A stretch of 64,000 nt of DNA from assembly GCA_051362555.1 (NCBI GenBank), contig CM120642.1, positions 21,328,001 through 21,392,000 of the forward strand, read 5' to 3'. Position 1 is the stretch's first letter. Each line of letters opens with the position of its first letter. A program made the position numbers and the translations under genes. Positions 11,082-26,000 of this stretch are shown here, one piece after another. This DNA is from Lingula anatina. Its lineage: Eukaryota; Animalia; Brachiopoda. The notes beneath the pieces are model-generated. The model did not search any database. It had not been told where the DNA came from and was given only the letters and a program-made list of their open reading frames with translations.

Positions 11082-14000
11082 CATTTTCCTTTCACCACCA
11101 ATATGTACTTTCTGATACAGCGTAACTCGAAAACCGTATGGAATACAAAAAAATCGAGACCACCCCCAGTGTTGGGCTTTACATGCTCTACAAAATGCAA
11201 AAAAGAATGGGTCTCTAGCATTAACGGTTCCCGAATTAGAGACAGTTTTCAGTTTCGGTATCTTATGGCCGCTACTCCTGTGAAAATGCACCGATTGACC
11301 CCAAATTCACGGAGATGAAAGATGACCTGAAGGGTAACACTTTCCAATAATATTATTGGTTAAGTCTGTGTGGCGTCTGAATAACAGGGCAAAAAAATTT
11401 TTTTTCGTAAAAAATTTCATTTTTTTGAAAATTTTGACCCATTTGACCTTGAAGTAAAGGTCAAAGGTCAAATCCGAGGGTATATTTGAAATCTACACAT
11501 ATGACTTTTGGAAAGCCGTCTATAGAAATTTTTCCCGTAACTCCTTCTGTAGGGTAGATAATTAGCATTTAATTTTGCCATTTTTAGACAAGTGTGCATT
11601 GCAATGAGTGCCACACCCAGACCCCAATACCGACAAAGCCCAAATTTTACGTGGAACGAGTTGAGATTATAGGTGACCTAAATCCATGAGATGGGTACGG
11701 GGGCCCTTACCGTCTAGGAGGAGAAGCGGTAACGGTAACATGGCGGCGGAGCCGGCGGAACGGACCGGACGGGACCGAAACCATGTGTACCGCCAGCGCT
11801 AACGCTGGTGGTAAATTTTTTTGTTCAAATTTCAAAATAGTATCTCGAAATTTCGAGATAATTTTTTTTTCTACATATGGCACCAGTGGGCTTCCGTACA
11901 TTTTCCTTTCACCACCAATATGTACTTTTTGATACAGCGTAACTCGAAAACCGTATGGAATACAAAAAAACCGAGACCACCTCCAGTGTTGGGCTTTACA
12001 TGCTCTACAAAATGCAAAAAAGAATGGGTCTCTAGCATTAACGGTTCCCGAATTAGAGACAGTTTTCAGTTTCGGTATCTTATGGCCGCTACTCCTGTGA
12101 AAATGCACCGATTGACCCCAAATTCACGGAGATGAAAGATGACCTGAAGGGTAACACTTTCCAATAATATTATTGGTTAAGTCTGTGTGGTGTCTGAATA
12201 ACAGGGCAAAAAATTTTTTTTTCGTAAAAAATTTCATTTTTTTGAAAATTTTGGCCCATTTGACCTTGAAGTAAAGGTCAAAGGTCAAATCCGAGGGTAT
12301 ATTTGAAATCTACACATATGACTTTTGGAAAGCCGTCTGTAGAAATTTTTCCCGTAACTCCTTCCGTAGGGTAGATAATTAGCATTTTATTTTGCCATTT
12401 TTGGACAAGGGTGCATTGCAATGAGTGCCACACCCAGACCCCAATACCGACAAAGCCCAAATTTTACGTGGAACGAGTTGAGATTATAGGTGACCTAAAT
12501 CCATGAGATGGGTATGGGGGGCCTTACCGTCTAGGAGGAGAAGCGGTAACGGTAGCCGTCCGGCGGAGCCGGCGGAGCCGGCGGAGCCGGCGGAGCCGGC
12601 GGAGCCGGCGGAACGATCCGGACGAGACCGAAACCATGTGTACCGCCAGCGCTAACGCTGGTGGTACAATTAGACTCACATTAAACATCAAATATTATGA
12701 TTTGAGTTTGTTTGTGTAAGAGGTGACAAATTACCCACAATTGTCCTCTGGAAAAGAATATATACCCATTGAAGACATCTCCTTACTACCAATACCTGAT
12801 GCAGATTCCTCCTTACAATCGGTTTCTGGAATAGGGTTTAGCACACCATTTGACAATGTCCTAAAGCTTGCCATATACCATCTATTGTACACATGGATGA
12901 GACATAGCATTGCTCTTGCTGTTGTCTTTTGCTGTCTGTTTTTTCTATAGTAATTAGCCCTGACCAGACAGGAAGAATCAGTTCACCAAAAAAGCCATCA
13001 CGCTGTATGGAAAAGGTCACCTGGAAAAAGAACAATATGTTTGATAAAAGTGAAAATTAAATTCTAAAAATTGACAAATTGCCCACACTAAAATAGTTGA
13101 ACAATAATTTTGATAAACTTAACCTAAACAGTTGACTATGTCTAATAAAATGGATATTTTCAGAACATATAAATTTGAGAAATACTGAAAATGACATTGA
13201 AAAGACTGCCAAATTCCATGGTTGAAAATAGTTAAACGTTAATTATTTTCACAAATCTTGTCTAATATTTGTGAAATTTCGAGAGATGATGCATAACAAC
13301 AATAAAAATCTGTGATAAGCTCATCAGTTGACTGCCTCTCATGAAAAACATTTTTCAGAGCATATAAATGTGAGAAAACTGAAAATGACATTGAAAAGAC
13401 TGTAAAATTCCATGGCTTAAATTAGTTAAACGTTAATAATTTTCACAAATCCTGTCTAATATTTGTGAAATTTGGATAGATGATGCATAACAACAATAAA
13501 AATCTGTGATAAGCTCATCAGTTGACTGTGTCTCGTGAAAAAGATTTTTTTTGGACAATAAATTTGAGAAAACAGAAAATGACATTGAAAAGACTGCAAA
13601 ATGCGGTGCCTTAAAATAGTTAAACGTTAATAATTTTCACAAATCTTGTTCAAGATTTGTGAAATTTAGACAGATGATGCATAACAATAAACAAAATCTG
13701 TGATAAGCTCATCAGTTGACTGTGTCTCATGAAAAACATTTTTCAGAGCATATAAATGTGAGAAAACTGAAAATTACATTGAAAAGACTGTCAAATTCCA
13801 TGGCTTAAAATAGTTAAACGTTAATTATTTTCACAAATCTTGTCTAATATTTGTGAAATTTGGATAGATGATGCATAAAAACAATAAAAATCTGTGATAA
13901 GCTCATCAGTTGACTGTGTCTCATGAAAAAGAATTTTCAGAGCATATAAATGTGAAAAAACTAAAATTGACATTGCAAAGACTGCAAACTTCCATGGCTT

Positions 14001-17000
14001 AAAATAGTTAAACGTTAATAATTTTCACAAAACTTGTTCAATATTTGTGAAATTTGGAGAGATGATGCCTAACAATAACAAAAATCTGTGATAAGCTTAA
14101 CAGTTGACAGTGTGTGACAGAATTGTAGTTGTTTGACACTTTGTATGCAAAGAGTGAGAATTATCTACAATATTTTTTTTTCAATTTCACAACATCTAAT
14201 TAGACTCACATTAAACATCAAATATTATGATTTGAGTTTGTTTGTGTAAGAGGTGACAAATTACCCATAATTGTCCTCTAGAAAAGAATATATACCCATT
14301 GAAAACATCTCCTTACTACCAATGCCATATGCAGATTCCTCCTTACAATCTGGTTCTGGAATAGGGTTTAGCACACCATTTGACAATGTCCTAAGGCTTG
14401 CCATATACCATCTATTGTACACATGGATGAGACATAGCATTGCTCTTGCTGTTGTCTTTTGCTGTCTGTTTTTTCTATAGTAATTAGCCCTGACCAGACA
14501 GGAAGAATCAGTTCACCAAAAAAGCCATCACGCTGTATGGAAAAGGTCACCTGGAAAAAGAACAATATGTTTGATAAAAGTGAAAATTAAATTCTAAAAA
14601 TTGACAAATTGCCCACACTAAAATAGTTGAACAATAATTTTGATAAACTTAACCTAAACAGTTGACTATGTCTAATAAAAAGGATATTTTCAGAACATAT
14701 AAATTTGAGAAATACTGAAAATGACATTGAAAAGACTGCCAAATTCCATGGTTGAAAATAGTTAAACGTTAATTATTTTCACAAATCTTGTCTAATATTT
14801 GTGAAATTTCGAGAGATGATGCATAACAACAATAAAAATCTGTGATAAGCTCATCAGTTGACTGCCTCTCATGAAAAACATTTTTCAGAGCATATAAATG
14901 TGAGAAAACTGAAAATGACATTGAAAAGACTGTAAAATTCCATGGCTTAAATTAGTTAAACGTTAATAATTTTCACAAATCCTGTCTAATATTTGTGAAA
15001 TTTGGATAGATGATGCATAACAACAATAAAAATCTGTGATAAGCTCATCAGTTGACTGTGTCTCATGAAAAACATTTTTCAGAGCATATAAATGTGAGAA
15101 AACAGAAAATGACATTGAAAAGACTGCAAAATGCGGTGCCTTAGAATAGTTAAACGTTAATAATTTTCACAAATCTTGTTCAAGATTTGTGAAATTTAGA
15201 CAGGTGATGCATAACAATAATAAAAATCTGTGATAAGCTCATCAGTTGACTGTGTCTCATGAAAAACATTTTTCAGAGCATATAAATGTGAGAAAACTGA
15301 AAATGACATTGAAAAGACTGCCAAATTCCATGGTTGAAAATAGTTAAACGTTAATTATTTTCACAAATCTTGTCTAATATTTGTGAAATTTGGATAGATG
15401 ATGCATAACAACAATAAAATTCTGTGATAAGCTCATCAGTTGACTGTGTCTCATGAAAAAGATTTTTTTTGGACAATAAATTTGAGAAAACAGAAAATGA
15501 CATTGAAAAGACTGCAAAATGCAGTGCCTTAAAATAGTTAAACGTTAATATTTTTCACAAATCTTGTTCAAGATTTGTGAAATTTAGACAAATGATGCAT
15601 AACAATAATAAAAATCTGTGATAAGCTCATCAGTTGACTGCCTCTCATGAAAAACATTTTTCAGAGCATATAAATGTGAGAAAACTGAAAATGACATTGA
15701 AAAGACTGTAAAATTCCATGGCTTAAATTAGTTAAACGTTAATAATTTTCACAAATCCTGTCTAATATTTGTGAAATTTGGATAGATGATGCATAACAAC
15801 AATAAAAATCTGTGATAAGCTCATCAGTTGATTGTGTCTCATGAAAAAGATTTTTTTTGGACAATAAATTTGAGAAAACAGAAAATGACATTGAAAAGAC
15901 TGCAAAATGCAGTGCCTTAAAATAGTTAAACGTTAATATTTTTCACAAATCTTGTTCAAGATTTGTGAAATTTAGACAAATGATGCATAACAATAATAAA
16001 AATCTGTGATAAGCTCATCAGTTGACTGCCTCTCATGAAAAACATTTTTCAGAGCATATAAATGTGAGAAAACTGAAAATGACATTGAAAAGACTGTAAA
16101 ATTCCATGGCTTAAAATAGTTAAACGTTAATAATTTTCACAAATCTTGTCTAATATTTGTGAAATTTGGATAGATGATGCATAAAAACAATAAAAATCTG
16201 TTATAAGCTCATCAGTTGACTGTGTCTCATGAAAAACATTTTTCAGAGCATATAAATGTGAGAAAACTGAAAATGACATTGAAAAGACTGCCAAATTCCA
16301 TGGCTTAAAATAGTTAAACGTTAATTATTTTCACAAATCTTGTCTAATATTTGTGAAATTTGGATAGATGATGCATAAAAACAATAAAAATCTGTGATAA
16401 GCTCATCAGTTGACTGTGTCTCATGAAAAAGAATTTTCAGAGCATATAAATGTGAAAAAACTAAAAATGACATTGCAAAGACTGCACACTTCCATGGCTT
16501 AAAATAGTTAAACGTTAATAATTTTCACAAAACTTGTTCAATATTTGTGAAATTTGGAGAGATGATGCCTAACAATAACAAAAATCTGTGATAAGCTTAA
16601 CAGTTGACAGTGTGTGACAGAATTGTAGTTGTTTGACACTTTGTATGCAAAGAGTGAGAATTATCTACAATATTTTTTTTTTCAATTTCACAACATCTAA
16701 TTAGACTCACATTAAACATCAAATATTATGATTTGAGTTTGTTTGTGTAAGAGGTGACAAATTACCCACAATTGTCCTCTGGAAAAGAATATATACCCAT
16801 TGAAGACATCTCCTTACTACCAATACCTGATGCAGATTCCTCCTTACAATCGGTTTCTGGAATAGGGTTTAGCACACCATTTGACAATGTCCTAAAGCTT
16901 GCCATATACCATCTATTGTACACATGGATGAGACATAGCATTGCTCTTGCTGTTGTCTTTTGCTGTCTGTTTTTTCTATAGTAATTAGCCCTGACCAGAC

Positions 17001-20000
17001 AGGAAGAATCAGTTCACCAAAAAAGCCATCACGCTGTATGGAAAAGGTCACCTGGAAAAAGAACAATATGTTTGATAAAAGTGAAAATTAAATTCTAAAA
17101 ATTGACAAATTGCCCACACTAAAATAGTTGAACAATAATTTTGATAAACTTAACCTAAACAGTTGACTATGTCTAATAAAATGGATATTTTCAGAACATA
17201 TAAATTTGAGAAATACTGAAAATGACATTGAAAAGACTGCCAAATTCCATGGTTGAAAATAGTTAAACGTTAATTATTTTCACAAATCTTGTCTAATATT
17301 TGTGAAATTTCGAGAGATGATGCATAACAACAATAAAAATCTGTGATAAGCTCATCAGTTGACTGCCTCTCATGAAAAACATTTTTCAGAGCATATAAAT
17401 GTGAGAAAACTGAAAATGACATTGAAAAGACTGTAAAATTCCATGGCTTAAATTAGTTAAACGTTAATAATTTTCACAAATCCTGTCTAATATTTGTGAA
17501 ATTTGGATAGATGATGCATAACAACAATAAAAATCTGTGATAAGCTCATCAGTTGACTGTGTCTCGTGAAAAAGATTTTTTTTGGACAATAAATTTGAGA
17601 AAACAGAAAATGACATTGAAAAGACTGCAAAATGCGGTGCCTTAAAATAGTTAAACGTTAATAATTTTCACAAATCTTGTTCAAGATTTGTGAAATTTAG
17701 ACAGATGATGCATAACAATAAACAAAATCTGTGATAAGCTCATCAGTTGACTGTGTCTCATGAAAAACATTTTTCAGAGCATATAAATGTGAGAAAACTG
17801 AAAATGACATTGAAAAGACTGTCAAATTCCATGGCTTAAAATAGTTAAACGTTAATTATTTTCACAAATCTTGTCTAATATTTGTGAAATTTGGATAGAT
17901 GATGCATAAAAACAATAAAAATCTGTGATAAGCTCATCAGTTGACTGTGTCTCATGAAAAAGAATTTTCAGAGCATATAAATGTGAAAAAACTAAAATTG
18001 ACATTGCAAAGACTGCAAACTTCCATGGCTTAAAATAGTTAAACGTTAATAATTTTCACAAAACTTGTTCAATATTTGTGAAATTTGGAGAGATGATGCC
18101 TAACAATAACAAAAATCTGTGATAAGCTTAACAGTTGACAGTGTGTGACAGAATTGTAGTTGTTTGACACTTTGTATGCAAAGAGTGAGAATTATCTACA
18201 ATATTTTTTTTTTCAATTTCACAACATCTAATTAGACTCACATTAAACATCAAATATTATGATTTGAGTTTGTTTGTGTAAGAGGTGACAAATTACCCAT
18301 AATTGTCCTCTAGAAAAGAATATATACCCATTGAAGACATCTCCTTACTACCAATGCCATATGCAGATTCCTCCTTACAATCGGGTTCTGGAATAGGGTT
18401 TAGCACACCATTTGACAATGTCCTAAAGCTTGCCATATACCATCTATTGTACACATGGATGAGACATAGCATTGCTCTTGCTGTTGTCTTTTGCTGTCTG
18501 TTTTTTCTATAGTAATTAGCCCTGACCAGACAGGAAGAATCAGTTCACCAAAAAAGCCATCACGCTGTATGGAAAAGGTCACCTGGAAAAAGAACAATAT
18601 GTTTGATAAAAGTGAAAATTAAATTCTAAAAATTGACAAATTGCCCACACTAAAATAGTTGAACAATAATTTTGATAAACTTAACCTAAACAGTAGACTA
18701 TGTCTAATAAAAAGGATATTTTCAGAACATATAAATTTGAGAAATACTGAAAATGACATTGAAAAGACTGCCAAATTCCATGGTTGAAAATAGTTAAACG
18801 TTAATTATTTTCACAAATCTTGTCTAATATTTGTGAAATTTCGAGAGATGATGCATAACAACAATAAAAATCTGTGATAAGCTCATCAGTTGACTGCCTC
18901 TCATGAAAAACATTTTTCAGAGCATATAAATGTGAGAAAACTGAAAATGACATTGAAAAGACTGTAAAATTCCATGGCTTAAATTAGTTAAACGTTAATA
19001 ATTTTCACAAATCCTGTCTAATATTTGTGAAATTTGGATAGATGATGCATAACAACAATAAAAATCTGTGATAAGCTCATCAGTTGACTGTGTCTCATGA
19101 AAAAGATTTTTTTTGGACAATAAATTTGAGAAAACAGAAAATGACATTGAAAAGACTGCAAAATGCGGTTCCTTAAAATAGTTAAACGTTAATAATTTTC
19201 ACAAATCTTGTTCAAGATTTGCGAAATTTAGACAGATGATGCATAACAATAATAAAAATCTGTGATAAGCTCATCAGTTGACTGTGTCTCATGAAAAACA
19301 TTTTTCAGAGCATATAAATGTGAAGAAACTGAAAATGACATTGAAAAGACTGCCAAATTCCATGGCTTAAAATAGTTAAACGTTAATTATTTTCACAAAT
19401 CTTGTCTAATATTTGTGAAATTTGGATAGATGATGCATAAAAACAATAAAAATCTGTGATAAGCTCACTAAGCTGACTGTGTCTCATGAAAAAGAATTTT
19501 CAGAGCATATACATGTGAAAAAACTAAAATTGACATTGCAAAGACTGCAAACTTCCATGGCCTAAAATAGTTAAACGTTAATAATTTTCACAAAACTTGT
19601 TCAATATTTGTGAAATTTGGAGAGATGATGCCTAACAATAACAAAAATCTGTGATAAGCTTAACAGTTGACAGTGTGTGACAGAATTGTAGTTGTTTGAC
19701 ACTTTGTATGCAAAGAGTGAGAATTATCTACAATATTTTTTTTTTCAATTTCACAACATCTAATTAGACTCACATTAAACATCAAATATTATGATTTGAG
19801 TTTGTTTGTGTAAGAGGTGACAAATTACCCATAATTGTCCTCTAGAAAAGAATATATACCCATTGAAAACATCTCCTTACTACCAATGCCATATGCAGAT
19901 TCCTCCTTACAATCGGGTTCTGGAATAGGGTTTAGCACACCATTTGACAATGTCCTAAGGCTTGCCATATACCATCTATTGTACACATGGATGAGACATA

Positions 20001-22784
20001 GCATTGCTCTTGCTGTTGTCTTTTGCTGTCTGTTTTTTCTATAGGAATTAGCCCTGACCAGACAGGAAGAATCAGTTCACCAAAAAAGCCATCACGCTGT
20101 ATGGAAAAGGTCACCTGGAAAAAGAACAATATGTTTGATAAAAGTGAAAATTAAATTCTAAAAATTGACAAATTGCCCACACTAAAATAGTTGAACAATA
20201 ATTTTGATAAACTTAACCTAAACAGTTGACTGTGTCTCATGAAAAACATTTTTCAGAGCATATAAATGTGAGAAAACTGAAAATGACATTGAAAAGACTG
20301 CCAAATTCCATGGTTGAAAATAGTTAAACGTTAATTATTTTCACAAATCTTGTCTAATATTTGTGAAATTTCGAGAGATGATGCATAACAACAATAAAAA
20401 TCTGTGATAAGATCATCAGTTGACTGCCTCTCATGAAAAACATTTTTCAGATCATATAAATGTGAGAAAACTGAAAATGACATTGAAAAGACTGTAAAAT
20501 TCCATGGCTTAAATTAGTTAAACGTTAATAATTTTCACAAAACCTGTCTAATATTTGTGAAATTTGGATAGATGATGCATAACAACAATAAAAATCTGTG
20601 ATAAGCTCATCAGTTGACTGTGTCTCATGAAAAAGAATTTTCAGAGCATATAAATGTGAAAGAACTAAAAATGACATTGCAAAGACTGCAAAATTCCATG
20701 GCTTAAAATAGTTAAACGTTAATAATTTTCACAAAACTTGTTCAATATTTGTGAAATTTGGAGAGATGATGCTTAACAATAACAAAAATCTGTGATAAGC
20801 TTAACAGTTGACAGTGTGTGACAGAATTGTAGTTGCTTGACATTTTGTATGCAAAGAGTGAGAATTATCTACAATATTTTTTTTTCAATTTCACAACATC
20901 TAATTAGACTCACATTAAACATCAAATATTATGATTTAAGCTTGTTTGTGTAAGAGGTGACAAATTACCCACAATTGTCCTCTGGAAAAGAATATATACC
21001 CATTTAAGACATCTCCTACTACCAATACCTGATGCAGATTCCTCCTTACAATCGGTTTCTGGAATAGGGTTTAGCACACCATTTGACAATGTCCTAAAGC
21101 TTGCCATATACCATCTATTGTACACATGGATGAGACATAGCATTGCTCTTGCTGTTGTCTTTTGCTGTTTGCTTTTTCTATAGTAATTAGCCCTGACCAG
21201 ACAGGAAGAATCAGTTCACCAAAAAAGCAATCAAGCTGTATGGAAAAGGTCACCTGGAAAAAGAACAATATGTTTGATAAAGTGAAAATTAAATTCTAAA
21301 AATTGACAAATTGCCCACACTAAAATAGTTGAACAATAATTTTGATAAACTTAACCTAAACAGTTGACTATGTCTAATAAAAAGGATATTTTCAGAACAT
21401 ATTAATTTCAGAAATACTGAAAATGACATTGAAAAGACTGCCAAATTCCATGGTTGAAAATAGTTAAACGTTAATTATTTTCACAAATCTTGTCTAATAT
21501 TTGTGAAATTTCGAGAGATGATGCATAACAACAATAAAAATCTGTGATAAGCTCATCAGTTGACTGTGTCTCATGAAAAACATTTTTCAGAGCATATAAA
21601 TGTGAGAAAACTGAAAATGACATTGAAAAGACTGTAAAATTCCATGGCTTAAATTAGTTAAACGTTAATAATTTTCACAAATCTCGTCTAATATTTGTGA
21701 AATTTGGATAGATGATGCATAACAACAATAAAAATCTGTGATAAGCTCATCAGTTGACTGTGTCTCATGAAAAAGATTTTTTTTGGACAATAAATTTCAG
21801 AAATACTGAAAATGACATTGAAAAGACTGCCAAATTCCATGGTTGAAAATAGTTAAACGTTAATTATTTTCACAAATCTTGTCTAATATTTGTGAAATTT
21901 CGAGAGATGATGCATAACAACAATAAAAATCTGTAATAAGCTCATCAGTTGACTGTGTCTCATGAAAAACATTTTTCAAAGCATATAAATGTGAGAAAAC
22001 TGAAAATGACATTGAAAAAGCTGCCAAATTCCATGGCTTAAAATAGTTAAACATTAATAATTTTCACAAATCTTGTCTAATATTTGTGAAATTTGGATAG
22101 ATGATGCATAAAAACAATAGAAATCTGTGATAATCTCATCAATTGACTGTGTCTCATGAAAAACATTTTTCAGAGCTTATAAATGTGAGAAAACTGAAAA
22201 TGACATTGAAAAGACTGCCAAATTCCATGGCTTAAAATAGTTAAACGTTAATAATTTTCACAAATCTTGTCTAATATTTGTGAAATTTGGATAGATGATG
22301 CATAAGATCAATAAAAATCTGTGATAAGCTCATCAGTTGAATGTGTCTCATGAAAAAGAATTTTCAGAGCATATAAATGTGAAAAAACTAAAAATGACAT
22401 TGCAAAGACTGCAAAATTCCATGGCTTAAAATACTTAAATGTTAATAATTTTCACAAAACTTGTTCAATATTTGTGAAATTTCAATAGATGATGCATAAC
22501 AACAATAAAAATCTGTGATAAGCTCATCAGTTGAATGTGTCTCATGAAAAAGAATTTTCAGAGCATATAAATGTGAAAAAACTAAAAATGACATTGCAAA
22601 GACTGCAAAATTCCATGGCTTAAAAAAGTTAAACGTTAATAATTTTCACAAAACTTGTTCAATATTTGTGAAATTTGGAGAGATGATGCATAACAACAAT
22701 GAAAATCTGTGATAAGCTCATCAGTTGAATGTGTCTCATAAAAAAGATTTTTTTGGACAATAAAATTGAGAAAACTGAAAATGT

Positions 22785-23035
22785 CTTCCTCATTGACGAG
22801 AGCTATTGAAAGGACAACAATTGACAAAGGGCCGAGGCATGCAGCATCTATTTCACTGGCTTGAAAATTTACTGAGTCTTGTCTACGATATGGTCGAACA
22901 ATCGGTACAAGAAAAAAATTCTGTCCCATGATTTTGACATATGGACTAATTGTTTGGGCCCAGTAAAATTAATTTTATAAAATAATTTTTGTGGTCGGAT
23001 TGACTGGGCCCGTCGAAATGCTTGGCACATTACCG
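22785..23035. other. ~250-bp foreign insertion within a 194-bp subrepeat
   Basis: Unrelated, more GC-rich sequence interrupts the unit after actgaaaatg. The array resumes about 25 bp earlier in unit phase (tataaatgtg). No TIRs or poly-A seen. Confidence 0.8.
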
Positions 23036-26000
23036 TATAAATGTGAAAAAACTGAAAATGACATTGCAAAGACTGCAAAATTCCATGGCTTAAAATAGTT
23101 AAACGTTAATAATTTTCACATAACTTGTTCAATATTTGTGAAATTTGGAGAGATGATGCTTAACAATAACAAAAATCTGTGATAAGCTTAACAGTTGACA
23201 GTGTGTGTTAGAATTGTAGTTGCTTGACATTTGTATGCGAAGAGTGAGAATTATCTACAATATTTTTATCTCAATTTCACAACATCTAATTAGACTCACA
23301 TTAAACATCAAATATTATGATTTAAGTTTGTTTGTGTAAGAGGTGGCAAATTACCCATAATTGTCCTCTGGAAAAGAATATATACCCATTTAAGACATCT
23401 CCTAACTACCAATACCAGATGCAGATTCCTCCTTACAATTGGTTTCTGGAATAGGGTTTAGCACACCATTTGACAATGTCCTAAAGCTTGCCATATACCA
23501 TCTATTGTACACATGGATGAGACATAGCATTGCTCTTGCTGTTGTCTTTTGCTGTCTGTTTTTTCTATAGGAATTAGCCATGACCAGACAGGAAGAATCA
23601 GTTCACCAAAAAAGCCATCACGCTGTATGGAAAAGTTCACCTGGAAAAAGAACAATATGTTTGATAAAAGTGAAAATTAAAGTCTAAAAATTGACAAATT
23701 TCCCACACTAAAATAGTTGAACAATAATTTTGATAAACTTAACCTAAACAGTTGACTATGTCTAATAAAAAGCATATTTTCAGAACATAAAAATTTGAGA
23801 AATACTGAAAATGACACTGAAAAGACTACCAAATGCAGTGCCTAAAAATAGTTAAATGTTATTAATTTTCACAAATCTAGTCCAATATTTGTGAAATTTG
23901 GACAGATGATGCATAACAATGATAAAAATCTGTGATAAGCTCATCAGTTGACTGTGTCTCATGAAAAACATTTTTCAGAGCAAATAATTGTGAGAAAACT
24001 GAAAATGACACTGAAAAGACTGCCAAATTCCATGGTATAAAATAGTTAAATGTTAATATTTTTCACAAATCTTGTCTAATATTTGTGAAATTTGGATAGA
24101 TGATGCATAACAACAATAAAAATCTGTGATAAGCTCATAAGTTGACTGTGTCTCGTGAAAAAGATTTTTATGGACAATAAATTTGAGAAAACTGAAAATG
24201 ACATTGAAAAGACTGTAAAATGTGGTGCCTTAAAATAGTTAAAAGTTAATAATTTTCACAAATCTTGTTCAATATTTGTGAAATTTGGACAGATGATGCA
24301 TAACAATAATAAAAATCTGTGATAAACACATCAGTTGACTGTGTCTCATGAAAAAGATTTTTTGGACAATAAATTTCAGAAAACTGAAAATAACACTGAA
24401 AACACTGCCAAATTCCATGGTATAAAATAGTTAAACGGTAATAATTTTCACAAATCTTGACTAATATTTGTGAAATTTGGATAGATGATGCATAACAACA
24501 ATAAAAATCTGTGTTAAGCTCATCAGTTGACTGTGTCACATGAAAAAGATTTTTTGGACAATAAATTTCAGAAAACTGAAAATGACATTGAAAAGACTGC
24601 CAAATGCAGTGCATTAAAATAGTTAAACGTTAATAATTTTCACAAATCTTGTCTAATATTTGTGGAATTTGGAGAGATGATGCTTAACAATAATAAAAAT
24701 TTGTGATAAGCTCATCAGTTGACTGTGTCTCATGAAAAACATTTTTCAGAGCATATAAATGTGAAAAAACTGAAAATGACACTGAAAAGACTGCCAAATT
24801 CCATGGTATAAAATAGTTAAACGTTAATAACTTTCATAAATCTTGTCTAATATTTGTGAAATTGGTATAGATGATGCATAACATCAATAAAAATCTGTGA
24901 TAAGCTCATCAGTTGACTGTGTCTCATGAAAAACATTTTTCAAAGCATATAAATTTGAGAAAACTGAAAATGACATTAAAAAGACTGCCAAATTCCATGG
25001 CTTAAAATAGTTAAACGTTAATCATTTTCACAAATCTTGTCTAATATTTGTGAAATTTGGATAGATGATGCATAACAACAATATAAATCTGTGATAAGCT
25101 CATCACTTGACTGTGTCTCATTAAAAAGATTTTTTTGGACAATAAATTTGAGAAAATTGAAAATGACACCGAGAAGACTGCAAAATGCGGTGCCTTAAAA
25201 TAGTTAAACGTTAATAATTTTCACAAAACTTGTTCAATATTTGTGAAATTTGGAGAGATGATGCTTAACAATAACAAAAATCTGTGATAAGCTTAACAGT
25301 TGACAGTGCGTGATAGAATTGTAGTTGTTTGACATTTTGTATGCGAAAAGTGAGAATTATCTACAATATTTTTTTTTTCAATTTCACAACATCTAATTAG
25401 ACTCACATTAAACATCAAATATTATGATTTGAGTTTGTTTGTGTAAGAGGTGACAAATTACCCATAATTGTCCTCTGGAAAAGAATATATACCCATTGAA
25501 GACATGTCCTTACTACCAATACCACATGCAGATTCCTCCTTACAATCGGGTTCTGGAATAGGGTTTAGCACACCATTTGACAATGTCCTAAAGCTTGCCA
25601 TATACCATCTATTGTACACATGGATGAGACATAGCATTGCTCTTGCTGTTGTCTTTTGCTGTCTGTTTTTTCTACAGGAATTAGCCCTGACCAGACAGGA
25701 AGAATCAGTTAACCAAAAAAGCCATCACGCTGTATGGAAAAGGTCACCTGTAAAAAGAACAATATGTTTGATAAAAGTGAAAATTAAATTCTAAAAATTG
25801 ACAAATTTCCCACACTAAAATAGTTGAACAATAATTTTGATAAACTTAACCTAAACAGTTGACTATGTCTAATAAAAAGCATATTTTCAGAACATAAAAA
25901 TTTGAGAAATACTGAAAATGACACTGAAAAGACTGCCAAATGCGGTGCCTTAAAATAGTTAAATGTTATTAATTTTCACAAATCTAGTCCAATATTTGTG

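Larger units (their letters stand above)
8763..12667 (-). mobile_element. Non-autonomous Helentron/DINE-1-like element (HINE) with central tandem repeats
   Basis: On the minus strand: 5' palindrome GTACCACCAGCGTTAGCGCTGGCGGTAC, a 9-bp GC-rich microsatellite (12560-12612), central repeats, subterminal inverted copy GCTGGTGGTAC (8800-8810), hairpin gaggcg-gtat-cgcctc and terminal CTAG. It is inserted at TT; the empty site catctaattagac is present in sister units. Confidence 0.88.

Noticed and set aside
10858-12135. 104-133 aa ORFs in the HINE
   Set aside because: They derive from palindromic MITE repeats and non-coding element body, with no Rep or helicase motifs.
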